Assembly: GCA_965238005.1 (NCBI GenBank)
Contig: OZ250165.1
Coordinates: 1,342,195 to 1,406,194 of the forward strand
DNA from: Longimicrobiales bacterium
Lineage (GTDB): Bacteria; Gemmatimonadota; Gemmatimonadetes; Longimicrobiales; Gaopeijiaceae
Reading direction: 5' to 3'
Length of the DNA stretch: 64,000 nucleotides
The translations under genes were made by a program, and so were the position numbers. The notes under the pieces are model-generated. The model did not search any database and was not told the DNA's origin. It saw only the letters and a list, made by a program, of their open reading frames with translations. The first letter of the stretch is position 1. Each line of letters starts with the position of its first letter. Positions 1-8,800 of this stretch are shown here, piece by piece.

Positions 1-43
1 CGGTCATCCGTGGGCCGACGGGGATGTTTCGCTTTCAACTGAA

Positions 44-1810
44 GTGATGCGCATGCGCAAGACGGACAGCCGGCGGTCCACCGGATGGGGGAGAGCATAT
101 CGGATTTCGGGGGCACTGGTCCTCGGCCTCGCTCTCCTCGCAGGTCAGGTGCGGGGCCAGGAGATGGACCACGCCGCCCACGCCATGGATATGGGCGACA
201 GCCTGGTGTGGACGATGCCGCCGCACCCCGCGTGGATGAATCCAGCCATGATGGCCCCGTTCATGGGGATCCTACCGAACGTCTCGCCGTTTCTGCCAGG
301 TCCGGACTTGGACATCGGCGTACTGCCGATGGCCCGTGCTCCCGAGGTGGTACAACTGGTCGACGGGGATACGCTGCGGCTCGACGCCGGGGTGCTGCAT
401 GGGATGATCGGCAGCCGGATGGTCAAGGTGTACGGTTTCAACGGCCAGTTCCCGGGCCCGACGCTCAGAGTGCCCCAGGACGCGACCATCGTGGTGGAGT
501 TCACGAACAACATCGATTTCGCGACCACCCTGCGCTGGCATGGGGTGCGGGTCGAGAACCGATACGACGGGGTTCCGGGCCTGACCCAGAGGCCCGTCCG
601 GGTGGGGAGCACCTACACCGCGCAGGTCCGTTTCCCGGATGCTGGAGTGTTCTGGTATCACCCGCATCAGCGTGGGCACATCGCGCAGGATCTGGGACTG
701 TACGGCAGCATCATCGTCGACTCGCCGGATCCCGACTACTACGGCTCCGCCAACTCCGAGGAGTCGCTGATCATCGATGACGCCCTCATGACGGAGACGG
801 GCTGGACACCCTTCGGACTCGAGGCGCCGACTAACGCACTCATGGGGCGGTTCGGCAACGTCATTCTGGTCAACGGGCGACCCGGATTCCGGAAGACCGT
901 CAAGAAAGGCGACGTCGTGCGGCTCTTCCTGACCAACGCGTCGAATACGAGGAACTACAACCTCAGGATCGAGGGCGGGGTCCCGATGAAGCTCTTGGCT
1001 GGGGGGCTCAGTCGGTTCGAACGCGAAGAGATGACGCCCACCGTGATAATCGCTCCCGGCCAGCGCTACGTCGTCGCCGCCAAGTTCGACGAGCCGGGCG
1101 AGTACGCGCTCACCAACCGGATCACCGCCGTCGATCACTGGATGGGAGAGTACTTCTACCAGGTCGATACGCTGGGTGTGTTCGTGGTGTCCGATGAAAG
1201 CACCGATCAGGACTTCAGCGCGGCGTTCGAGACCCTGCGGTCCAACGACGAGGTAATCGCCGAGTTCGAGGCCGTGCGCGCCGAGGCGAACCGGCAAGTG
1301 GACGAGGAGCTCGTCCTGTCCCTCAACATCGGCGAGCTTCCCATCCCGGTCATCCTGATGATGGAGATAGACACGCTCTTTTACCCGCCGGTGGAGTTCA
1401 ACGACGCCATGCCGATGATGAACTGGCTTTCCACCGGCATCAACTTGACGTGGCTCATGCACGAGCCCGACCCCGACGCGTCACGCCGCGACCTCGGGCC
1501 GGCGTTCGGGTGGCGGTTCAAGGAAGGGGACATCGTCAAGATCCGCATCTACAACACACACGAGTCCTGGCATCCCATGAGCCATCCGCTGCACCTCCAC
1601 GGTCAACGGTTCGCGGTGATCGAGCAGGACGGAGTGCAGACAACGAATCTCGTGTGGAGGGACACCGTCCTGATCCCGGTCGGCACCACCATGGATCTTC
1701 TGGTGGAGATGTCGAACCCCGGGACCTGGATGTTCAATTGCCAGATCCCGGAGCACGTGGGGTCCGGCATGTCCATGAACTTCACCGTGGAGCCGGCCCC
1801 CCCAGGATAG
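44..1810 (+). CDS. multicopper oxidase family protein, secreted, Met/His-rich N-terminus
   Basis: 588-aa ORF with MCO/cupredoxin motifs: WYHPH, HPMSHPLHLHG and a C-terminal NCQIPEHVGSGM. A hydrophobic signal-like segment is followed by MDHAAHAMDMGDS...MNPAMMAPFM. Confidence 0.8.
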   Translation: MMRMRKTDSRRSTGWGRAYRISGALVLGLALLAGQVRGQEMDHAAHAMDMGDSLVWTMPPHPAWMNPAMMAPFMGILPNVSPFLPGPDLDIGVLPMARAPEVVQLVDGDTLRLDAGVLHGMIGSRMVKVYGFNGQFPGPTLRVPQDATIVVEFTNNIDFATTLRWHGVRVENRYDGVPGLTQRPVRVGSTYTAQVRFPDAGVFWYHPHQRGHIAQDLGLYGSIIVDSPDPDYYGSANSEESLIIDDALMTETGWTPFGLEAPTNALMGRFGNVILVNGRPGFRKTVKKGDVVRLFLTNASNTRNYNLRIEGGVPMKLLAGGLSRFEREEMTPTVIIAPGQRYVVAAKFDEPGEYALTNRITAVDHWMGEYFYQVDTLGVFVVSDESTDQDFSAAFETLRSNDEVIAEFEAVRAEANRQVDEELVLSLNIGELPIPVILMMEIDTLFYPPVEFNDAMPMMNWLSTGINLTWLMHEPDPDASRRDLGPAFGWRFKEGDIVKIRIYNTHESWHPMSHPLHLHGQRFAVIEQDGVQTTNLVWRDTVLIPVGTTMDLLVEMSNPGTWMFNCQIPEHVGSGMSMNFTVEPAPPG

Positions 1811-1886
1811 CCCTGTTCGGGCACTCCGCAGCGAGAGGGGGCGAGCCCACCTGACCCACCCCCTCCAATTCGGCTGCGGACAGCCG

Positions 1887-4316
1887 CTAGAACACCGGCT
1901 GCCTCCGCTTCCGCACCACGAAGAGCCCTTCACGCATGCTGGTGAAGACGATCACTCCGCTCTCGAAGAACGGGTAGTTGCTCCAGGAGCCCGCGAACCC
2001 GGGAGAGTTCTCGCCCACCGGAACACTGTCGAAGAATCCTACTTCCTTCGGGTTGGCGGGATCGGAGATGTCCAGGATTCGGAGACCGCTCACGTAGTTG
2101 GACTGATACATGAACTGGCCCTGGATGTAGAGGTTGTGGTCGGATGACGACGTCTCGCCCATGTGCTCCTTGACCAGAACGGGGTCATCCAGGTCCTCGA
2201 TGTCCCACACCAGCGTCCGAGTCCGCTCCACTCCGGAGAGCTCGTCCAGCTCGTCGTTGACGTAGAAGTAGCGGTGGTCGTCCGAGATCCAGCCCTGGTG
2301 GACGTAGCCTGGGTTGGGGTAGGTCGCCGTGGCGATCGGAACGGGGTTCGATTTGTCCGAGACGTCGGAGATGCTGATCGCCGTCTCGTTGGCACCGAAG
2401 CACACTTCCTTCCCCTGATGCTGCGTGTCTGGACCCTTGTACACGATGCACTGGGCGTCGTGGCTGTATCCGGTTCCGGTATTCCCCGTGGCCGGGTCCG
2501 AAAAGCACCCGGCGAAGGTGGGGTTGGTGGGATCGCGGACGTCGATCATGTGGAGACCGCCACCGCACGTCTCGCCACCCATGCTCGCGCCGACGACATA
2601 AGCGAAGCCCGAGCCCTCGTTCATCACGATGTTGTGGGCACTGAAGATACCGTCGTAGTGGGCCGTCTCTCCGAACGTCACGGGCGGATTCTCCACGTCG
2701 CGGAGCTGACGGAGATCGAAGATCTGGACTCCGTGCGGCCCGGCGCCGTCTGCTACGATAAAGGCATGGTCGGCGTACACCTTCACGTCGCGCCACATGT
2801 TCGCCGTGGCACCTTCGGTAAGGGGAAGCTCGCCCAGGTAGAGTGGGTTGGCCGGATCCTGGAGGCTGACGAAGGTCATGGCGTCCATGCGCCCCACCAG
2901 GGCGTACTCGATTCCAGTGTCGGGATCGGTCCAACCCCAGATGTCGTTCACCATGATTCCCCGGGCTCCGCCCAGGTCCTTTACCGGCAGGAAAGAGACC
3001 AGGTCGACCTCGGAACAGTCGAAGCCACCGACGGTCCCGACGTCACTGCAGTCCTCGGGTGACCCGAGGATCCCCTCCATGCCACCGCCCTCGTCGATGA
3101 GCGATTCGATCACCCCCCACTCCCCGACGGCGCTCTCGCGTCCATACAGGTTGCCCACTCCCTCGAAGAAGTCGGCTCCCGGGGCTCCCACGACGGCGAG
3201 GTCCTCGCCGCCGGCGATGGCCATTCCCATGAAGGACCTCGGAGACGTCATAGTCAGTGTCTGCAGCTCCTGCCAATCACCCCCACTGGAAGCCCGGAAG
3301 ACAAAGGCCATTCCGGCAAGGGGTGCACCCACGAAGAGATCCTCGCCGGCCCTGGCCACGGCCATGCCGAACCCGGACTGGCGAACGGCCGTCGAGGCCG
3401 TGATGCGCCCGGCCTCCGACCACTCCCCCGCGGCGCTCGGAGCGAAGCGGTGCACCACCCCGTTGATCTCGTTCCCTAGGGGCGCCCCGATGAGCGCCTC
3501 GTCACCGTCGAGAACGACCGAATGGCCGAACAGGCCGGGCCCCTCTCTACCGGACGTGACCCGGGCGACTTCCACGAAGTCGCCAGCCTCGAGCTCGAAG
3601 ATGTAGGCGGATCCGGCCGCCGGCGGTGGGCCTCCGGGAAGCATGCCGGGGAAAGGTCCCGGTGCCCCGACGAGGAGCCGCTCCCCGTCGAAGGCCAGGG
3701 CGGCGCCGAACCTCTCACCCGCCCGGACGTCCGAGCCTCCGATCGTGGCGATCTCGGTCCAGGCTCCGCCGAGCATCCGGAAGACGACGACCGCGCCGCC
3801 TTGCTCCGCATGACCCGGCGCCCCCACCAGCGCGAAATCGCCGCTCAGCACTACGGAGCCCCCGAGCTCGTCTCCAGCCGTCCGCGTCGCCGTCCGCAAT
3901 ACGGCAGTCTGCTGCCACTGTGCCTCCGGCTCGGAACGCCGGAACATGTAGGCTGCGCCCCGCCCTTCCTGCGTCTTGGGGGCCCCCACGAGCATGGTGT
4001 TGCCGTCCACGGCCAGCGCCTGTCCGAAGCCGTCACCCACCTCGACGGAGTCCGAGGTCACCACGGCCTTCTCCTCCCACCTGTTGTCGGTGTTCCCGAA
4101 GACGTGGACGCTGCCCGTATGGTTCGGGGGGATGGGGAAGAAGGAGATTTCCCCCGGACGACCAACGAATACCTCACCGCCCTGGACGACGACGGCCGCT
4201 CCGAAGCCTGCGGAGCCCATGGAGCGTCCGCCGGTCACGGAGGTCTGTGCCGCAACCGGCGTGCTCGAAAGGAAAAGGCCGAAGCCTAGAGCGATCAAAC
4301 GAAAGGTGCTCTGCAT
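1887..4316 (-). CDS. secreted protein with an FG-GAP-like repeat N-terminal half and an LVIVD-repeat (choice-of-anchor B-like) C-terminal half
   Basis: 809-aa ORF with signal peptide MQSTFRLIALGFGLFLSSTPVAAQ. It has repeated G(D/E)xFGxA(L/V)A..G..(L/A)(V/L)GAP units. The C-terminal part has repeats of the type YVSGLRILDISDPANPKEV and HGVQIFDLRQL. Confidence 0.7.
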   Translation of the reverse strand: MQSTFRLIALGFGLFLSSTPVAAQTSVTGGRSMGSAGFGAAVVVQGGEVFVGRPGEISFFPIPPNHTGSVHVFGNTDNRWEEKAVVTSDSVEVGDGFGQALAVDGNTMLVGAPKTQEGRGAAYMFRRSEPEAQWQQTAVLRTATRTAGDELGGSVVLSGDFALVGAPGHAEQGGAVVVFRMLGGAWTEIATIGGSDVRAGERFGAALAFDGERLLVGAPGPFPGMLPGGPPPAAGSAYIFELEAGDFVEVARVTSGREGPGLFGHSVVLDGDEALIGAPLGNEINGVVHRFAPSAAGEWSEAGRITASTAVRQSGFGMAVARAGEDLFVGAPLAGMAFVFRASSGGDWQELQTLTMTSPRSFMGMAIAGGEDLAVVGAPGADFFEGVGNLYGRESAVGEWGVIESLIDEGGGMEGILGSPEDCSDVGTVGGFDCSEVDLVSFLPVKDLGGARGIMVNDIWGWTDPDTGIEYALVGRMDAMTFVSLQDPANPLYLGELPLTEGATANMWRDVKVYADHAFIVADGAGPHGVQIFDLRQLRDVENPPVTFGETAHYDGIFSAHNIVMNEGSGFAYVVGASMGGETCGGGLHMIDVRDPTNPTFAGCFSDPATGNTGTGYSHDAQCIVYKGPDTQHQGKEVCFGANETAISISDVSDKSNPVPIATATYPNPGYVHQGWISDDHRYFYVNDELDELSGVERTRTLVWDIEDLDDPVLVKEHMGETSSSDHNLYIQGQFMYQSNYVSGLRILDISDPANPKEVGFFDSVPVGENSPGFAGSWSNYPFFESGVIVFTSMREGLFVVRKRRQPVF

Positions 4317-4495
4317 CTGTCGTGCTCCTAGCGAATGCGGCCCTCAATCTCGAAAAGGAGGCCCGCTTGCGCCAGAGTCCATACGAGCGGCGAAGGCTCG
4401 GAGGTTCGACCGTACGACGGAGGATTGAAGCCGCACTGCGGTCGATACATGTTCCCGAAGGGCCGTTCACGCCCTCCTCTAACAGGGGTCGGGAC

Positions 4496-5497
4496 ATGCG
4501 CGCAGCCGTCCTGGAGACAACCGCCGACATCGATAGTGATCCACTCCACGTCCGTGAGGTGGACGATCCGAGCCCGGGACCCGACGAGGTCCGAGTCCGG
4601 GTCCGTGCTTGTGCGGTCTGCCGGACCGACCTCCACGTCATCGAGGGCGACCTTCCGGAGCAGAGGAGACCGGTCATACTCGGGCACCAGGTGGTGGGTA
4701 TCGTGGACCAGGTAGGGCAGGGCTGCACCCGATTGGAGCACGGGATGCGCGTGGGGATCGCCTGGCTTCGTGAGACCGACGGGACGTGTCGATTCTGCCT
4801 GAGCGGGCGGGAGAACCTCTGCGCAGATTCTCGATACACGGGATATCATGCGGACGGCGGATACGCGGACTTCGCAACGGTGCCGGAGGCGTTCGCCTAC
4901 GACCTTCCAGAGGGCTTCGACGACGTATCCGGTGCGCCCCTCCTTTGCGCAGGCCTAGTGGGATACAGGGCTCTCGAGCGGGCGGAGGTGCCAGAGGGAG
5001 GAAGGCTCCTGCTCGTCGGCTTCGGATCGTCCGCCCACATCGTGCTTCAGCTCGCTCTTGGTCGTGGTCATGAAGTCTTCGTTGTCACTCGGAGTGACAA
5101 CCACGTGCGACATGCTCTCGAGATGGGGGCGGGATGGGCCGGAAACGATCTCCGGGATCTGCCCGTGAAGGTGGATAGCGCTGTGCTCTTCGCTCCGGTG
5201 GGGCATCTGGTACCGCCCATCATGGCCGCACTCGAGCGGGGAGGCACGCTGTCCATTGCCGGGATCTATCTGAGCGACGTGCCCCCGATGGAGTACGAGG
5301 CGCACCTCTTCCACGAGAAGCAGATCCGATCGGTCGAGGCCAATACGCGGGACGATGGCCGTCGACTGCTCGAAGAGGCGGGGTCGGCGGGCGTCCGTCC
5401 CCACGTGACGACGTACGATCTGGGAGACGCCAACCGGGCGCTTCAAGACATGAAGCACTCGCGGCTCCGCGGAACGGGAGTTCTGGTGCTGGAGTAG
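4496..5497 (+). CDS. zinc-dependent alcohol dehydrogenase family oxidoreductase
   Basis: In-frame ATG at 4496 inside ORF 3626..5497 starts MRAAVLE. Motifs include CAVCRTDLHV, GHQVVG and a structural-Zn Cys cluster CRFCLSGRENLC. The upstream part of the ORF is Arg/Pro-rich frame noise. Confidence 0.85.
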   Translation: MRAAVLETTADIDSDPLHVREVDDPSPGPDEVRVRVRACAVCRTDLHVIEGDLPEQRRPVILGHQVVGIVDQVGQGCTRLEHGMRVGIAWLRETDGTCRFCLSGRENLCADSRYTGYHADGGYADFATVPEAFAYDLPEGFDDVSGAPLLCAGLVGYRALERAEVPEGGRLLLVGFGSSAHIVLQLALGRGHEVFVVTRSDNHVRHALEMGAGWAGNDLRDLPVKVDSAVLFAPVGHLVPPIMAALERGGTLSIAGIYLSDVPPMEYEAHLFHEKQIRSVEANTRDDGRRLLEEAGSAGVRPHVTTYDLGDANRALQDMKHSRLRGTGVLVLE

Positions 5498-5588
5498 AGG
5501 GCGAGGTCGCATGCTCGCTCCCTTTGCTTCGGCCGGCACGTTACGTGCCCACCGTTTCTTGTGTGAGGAAGAGAGGTACGCGAACTCC

Positions 5589-5807
5589 ATGCTCCGCTGT
5601 GGAACGGCCTTGCCGAGAAGCGTGGTGAGTCGCCGACGGGCCGCTGCGCCGCTGGCGATCGCCGTCGCCGTTGCGTTCGCACTGACCCCAGCGGGCGCGG
5701 CGGCTCAAGGAAGCTCGCGGAAGGTGTCCTGCCCGTCCCCGGCAAGACGCGATCTCAGCACCCGCTATTTCTTTTTCGACCAGGTCGCTCGTATACTGGG
5801 CGCCTGA
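5589..5807 (+). CDS. small hypothetical secreted protein
   Basis: Internal ATG of ORF 5511..5807 gives MLRCGTALPRSVVSRRRAAAPLAIAVAVAFALTPAGAAAQ, which looks like a signal peptide. I recognise no family. Confidence 0.25.
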   Translation: MLRCGTALPRSVVSRRRAAAPLAIAVAVAFALTPAGAAAQGSSRKVSCPSPARRDLSTRYFFFDQVARILGA

Positions 5808-5832
5808 CGTCACAAACGAGAGGGGAGCCGAC

Positions 5833-6477
5833 ATGAGCAAGATGCGATTTCTTCTAGCCGCCGTTCCGCTGGTCTTGCTGGGCTCGAGCCCGAGGTCCGT
5901 TCAAGAGCCCGCCATGAGTTTTTTCCTTACGAGCACGGGTCCCGGAAACGGAGCCGACCTGGGTGGTCTCGAGGGCGCAGACCGGTACTGCCAAATGCTG
6001 GCCCGGGCCGTGGGCGGCGATGACGAACGCACGTGGCGGGCCTACCTGAGCACCACCGGAGGGGGTGGGGTCGACGCACGAGACCGTATCGGTGACGGCC
6101 CGTGGTACAACTCCCGTGGCGTCCGGATCGCCGACAACGGGGCGAACCTGCACAGCGACTCGAACAACCTCACCAAGGAGACCCAGCTCTCCGAGATGGG
6201 TTTGACGATCAACGGCCGGGGCGATAGCCCCAACCGCCACGACATCATCACGGGCTCTCAAATGGATGGCACAGCGGCTTCAGCCGGAGACGACACGACC
6301 TGCTCCAATTGGACCAGTCACGGAGAGGGTAGTGCACTGGTGGGCCATCACGACCGTCAAGGCGGCGGGACGAACCCCACGTCCTGGAACTTCGCGCACG
6401 CCTCCAGGGGCTGCAGCCAGGAGAAACTCCAGGGCACGGGCGGCGACGGCCTCTTCTACTGCTTCGCCATCAACTGA
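5833..6477 (+). CDS. secreted protein with endostatin-like (C-type-lectin-fold, DUF1554-like) domain
   Basis: 214-aa ORF with a signal peptide. FFLTS...GGLEGADRYCQMLARAVG...WRAYLST resembles the collagen XVIII endostatin N-terminal motif [21 protein letters not shown]. Four Cys are spaced similarly (C..., TTCSNWT, GCS, YCFAIN). Confidence 0.55.
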   Translation: MSKMRFLLAAVPLVLLGSSPRSVQEPAMSFFLTSTGPGNGADLGGLEGADRYCQMLARAVGGDDERTWRAYLSTTGGGGVDARDRIGDGPWYNSRGVRIADNGANLHSDSNNLTKETQLSEMGLTINGRGDSPNRHDIITGSQMDGTAASAGDDTTCSNWTSHGEGSALVGHHDRQGGGTNPTSWNFAHASRGCSQEKLQGTGGDGLFYCFAIN

Positions 6478-6671
6478 CGCGGTGGGCTCCTCCGGAGCTG
6501 GGGGAGTCCAAGTCCTCGATGAAGTCCGTCGCCTCTTCGGCGCTCGGGCGGATGACGGAGAGGACGCCCAAGGTGGCCAGGATGAGAGCGAGAATAATGC
6601 GCGTCATGCTGTGTGTGCGTATACTAAAGTCTCACGTAGGTTCCTGGCACCGACGAGAAGGAGGGCTCCCC

Positions 6672-7331
6672 ATGCGACTACGCTGTACTGCGTTCATCTT
6701 CATCATTTCCTTGGGACTCGCTTTCGCCCAACCCGCGGCCGCGCAGGACGAAGGATCCACCCTCATCGCCGTGGGTGAGATGGCGCCGGACTTCTCCCTG
6801 CCCGGTGCAACCCGGTACGGAATCCTACAGGATCCGGTCCGCTTGTCGGATTTGAGGGGAGAGGCGGTGGTACTGGCGTTCTTCTTCAGAGCGCGAACGC
6901 GTGGCTGAACGATCCAAATGGAAGCGTACCGTGATCAGTACGCAAGCGTATTCCGGGGCGGCCGAGGAGTAACGGTCATCGGCATCAGCGACGACTCGCC
7001 CGAAGAGCTGGCCTCTTGGGCTGCCGACGCCGACTTTCCCGTCCTGTTCGCCCACGACAAGGGTCACGCAGTGGCCCAGGCCTATGGTCTCGGGCTCCGC
7101 TCCAGCGGGAACATCGCGTCCCGGTCGGTGATCGTGGTCGGTCCGGATGGCAGGGTCGCGTGGACCGCCCTCCAGTTCCGGGGGATCGACCCCTCGGCCT
7201 ACGAGGAGCTCGGAGCCGAAGTCGCCCGTGTGGCGCCGGCACTGGACGAAGGCATGGAGGATCTCCCGCAGGCCATGGACGACGGGTTCGATGGAGAGCG
7301 GCTCGAGGGAATCGGACTCCCCGACTGCTAG
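6672..7331 (+). CDS. secreted peroxiredoxin (AhpC/TSA/BCP family), candidate selenoprotein with Sec encoded by UGA 6906-6908
   Basis: ORFs 6519..6908 and 6918..7331 share a frame and are split only by TGA. AAGGAGG precedes ATG 6672, and the signal peptide is MRLRCTAFIFIISLGLAFAQPAAAQ. Read through the TGA, the sequence is LAFFFRARTRG-U-TIQMEAYRDQY...VIGISDDSPEEL...ASRSVIVVGPDGRV, which matches the Prx T-x-x-C active site and the conserved Arg. Confidence 0.6.
6920..6954 (+). promoter_or_regulatory. candidate bacterial SECIS hairpin
   Basis: Upper stem is GCGUAC (6924-6929) / GUACGC (6938-6943) with an 8-nt loop CGUGAUCA. Lower helix is GGAA (6920-6923) / UUCC (6951-6954). The upper stem begins 16 nt after the UGA. 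Confidence 0.45.
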
Positions 7332-7337
7332 CCTAGC

Positions 7338-7901
7338 CTAGTCGGTCCCCTCCAGGGCGGTCATGACCGCCGCCTCGATGTCCTGGTCCGGTCCGACTCC
7401 CGTATAGGTCACGACGCCCTCGGTGTCCAGGACCACGATGTAGGACGTGGCAGGGGCCAGGAAGGCCCGCACCGCACGGCCACCTTCGTCCCAGACCGTA
7501 GCATAGTCGACGGGATGCTCCTCGAGTGCTCGCTTGACCGATCGGGGCGACTGCGACACGGCAACGCTGATTGCCAGGAACTCGATCCGGTCCCGGTACC
7601 GGTCGTACACGTCGATCATCTGCGGGAGGAGCGCCTCGCAGATCTCGCACCATCGGGCGTAGAACTCGATCAGGAGGGGCTTTTCCCCGACGTGGTCCGC
7701 CAGCTTGAACGGATTCCCATCCAGGTCCTCGATCTCCACCAGCTCCGGTCGCTCGCCCAGGGCGATGCCCACTTCTCCCCGCTTTTGTGCGGAGGCATCG
7801 GCGGGCAGGATCGCGACCATCGCGAGTGCCATGGTAGCGGCCAAAGAGGGAAGGGCATCCGTAAACGGACGCCACGGGCTACGGCGATCGATCGTGTTCA
7901 C
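7338..7901 (-). CDS. TlpA/ResA-like periplasmic thioredoxin-fold thiol:disulfide oxidoreductase
   Basis: This is the C-terminal part of ORF 7338..8852, with the motif FYARWCEICEALLP (CxxC). An in-frame GTG at 7901 overlaps the ccdA stop (GTGA) and gives a signal-like N-terminus ...LAATMALAMVAILPADASAQ. Confidence 0.8.
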   Translation of the reverse strand: MNTIDRRSPWRPFTDALPSLAATMALAMVAILPADASAQKRGEVGIALGERPELVEIEDLDGNPFKLADHVGEKPLLIEFYARWCEICEALLPQMIDVYDRYRDRIEFLAISVAVSQSPRSVKRALEEHPVDYATVWDEGGRAVRAFLAPATSYIVVLDTEGVVTYTGVGPDQDIEAAVMTALEGTD

Positions 7902-8617
7902 AGTACCATGCCCACCTGTACGAAGTAGTACTCGGCCATCACCAGCATAATCACCGCAGCGGCCCTTTTGATCCAGACCATCCAGGCACCGGACGATGGG
8001 AGGGCCACTCCGAAGCCGGAGAACAGGCCCACGCCCACCAGCAGAGCCGTCATTCCAAGAGAGAAGACGAAGAGGTAGAGGAAGCCCATCGCTCCCCCCT
8101 GGGTCGCTGCCACCCAGGTGAGGACCACGGCGAACGCCGGAGCCCCACAGGGTGCCGCCACGATCCCCGATGTGGCTCCCAGGAGAAACACCGCGGGGTA
8201 GGAGCCGCCTCCCAAGCCACCGGCCCATTCGAGCCAGCGCTTCGGCGCGGAAACCGGGATGATGTCGAACATGGCCAGGCCGAAGACCAGGAGCAGGTTG
8301 CCGATGGCGAAACGAGCCCACGGGCTGGCGCTGACCGTCCCGAACAGGGTACCCGTCAGGCCGGCGATGAGCCCTACCGTGGCGTAGAGCAGGGCCAGGC
8401 CCAGGACGTACGTGAGCGTGAGACCCACGACCCTGGACTTCGGAGCGTCCTGTTCCGCCGTACCTGCCAGTATCGACGCCGTGATGGGGATCATCGGATA
8501 GATGCAGGGTGTCAGGCTGGTCAGGACGCCGGCGCCGAACAGCGTCGCCAGCGACAGGAGCGGGCTCTGGGAGAGGCTCTCCGACAGGCCGGCACTCTGA
8601 AGCATCAGGTAGGGCAT
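7898..8617 (-). CDS. ccdA: cytochrome c biogenesis / thiol-disulfide electron transporter CcdA (DsbD family)
   Basis: 239-aa polytopic membrane ORF. It has the LTSLTPCIYPMIPIT motif and a second Cys in VAAPCGAP. Confidence 0.85.
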   Translation of the reverse strand: MPYLMLQSAGLSESLSQSPLLSLATLFGAGVLTSLTPCIYPMIPITASILAGTAEQDAPKSRVVGLTLTYVLGLALLYATVGLIAGLTGTLFGTVSASPWARFAIGNLLLVFGLAMFDIIPVSAPKRWLEWAGGLGGGSYPAVFLLGATSGIVAAPCGAPAFAVVLTWVAATQGGAMGFLYLFVFSLGMTALLVGVGLFSGFGVALPSSGAWMVWIKRAAAVIMLVMAEYYFVQVGMVL

Positions 8618-8800
8618 GGTGGCATTCTAGTCGCAGTCGTAACTGTGGGACAGCCATTCTTGCAGGCGGGGCGGCTACCGAAAGCGCGTGGCTCGCGAAT
8701 TGACTCGAAGCGAGCGTCAGCTTTAACTGGTAGTCGTTTCCAGCCCTGCCCTGGCGCCGAGGGCTTTCACACTGTCCTTCGCACTCTAAGGATCCCCGAC

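Noticed and set aside
272-1462. 396-aa ORF antisense to the multicopper oxidase
   Set aside because: This is a shadow ORF typical of high-G+C DNA. The product is Arg/Pro/Gly/His-rich with no motifs, while the opposite strand carries clear MCO motifs.
3626-4495. 290-codon N-terminal extension of the alcohol dehydrogenase ORF
   Set aside because: The extension is Arg/Pro/Ser-rich frame noise overlapping the antisense FG-GAP/LVIVD gene. The ADH fold starts at ATG 4496.
6470-6607. 45-codon minus-strand ORF MTRIILALILATLGVLSVIRPSAEEATDFIEDLDSPSSGGAHRVS (signal/TM-like)
   Set aside because: No Shine-Dalgarno sequence is visible upstream. It overlaps the stop of the convergent gene and has no recognisable family. 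It cannot be separated from chance in this G+C background.
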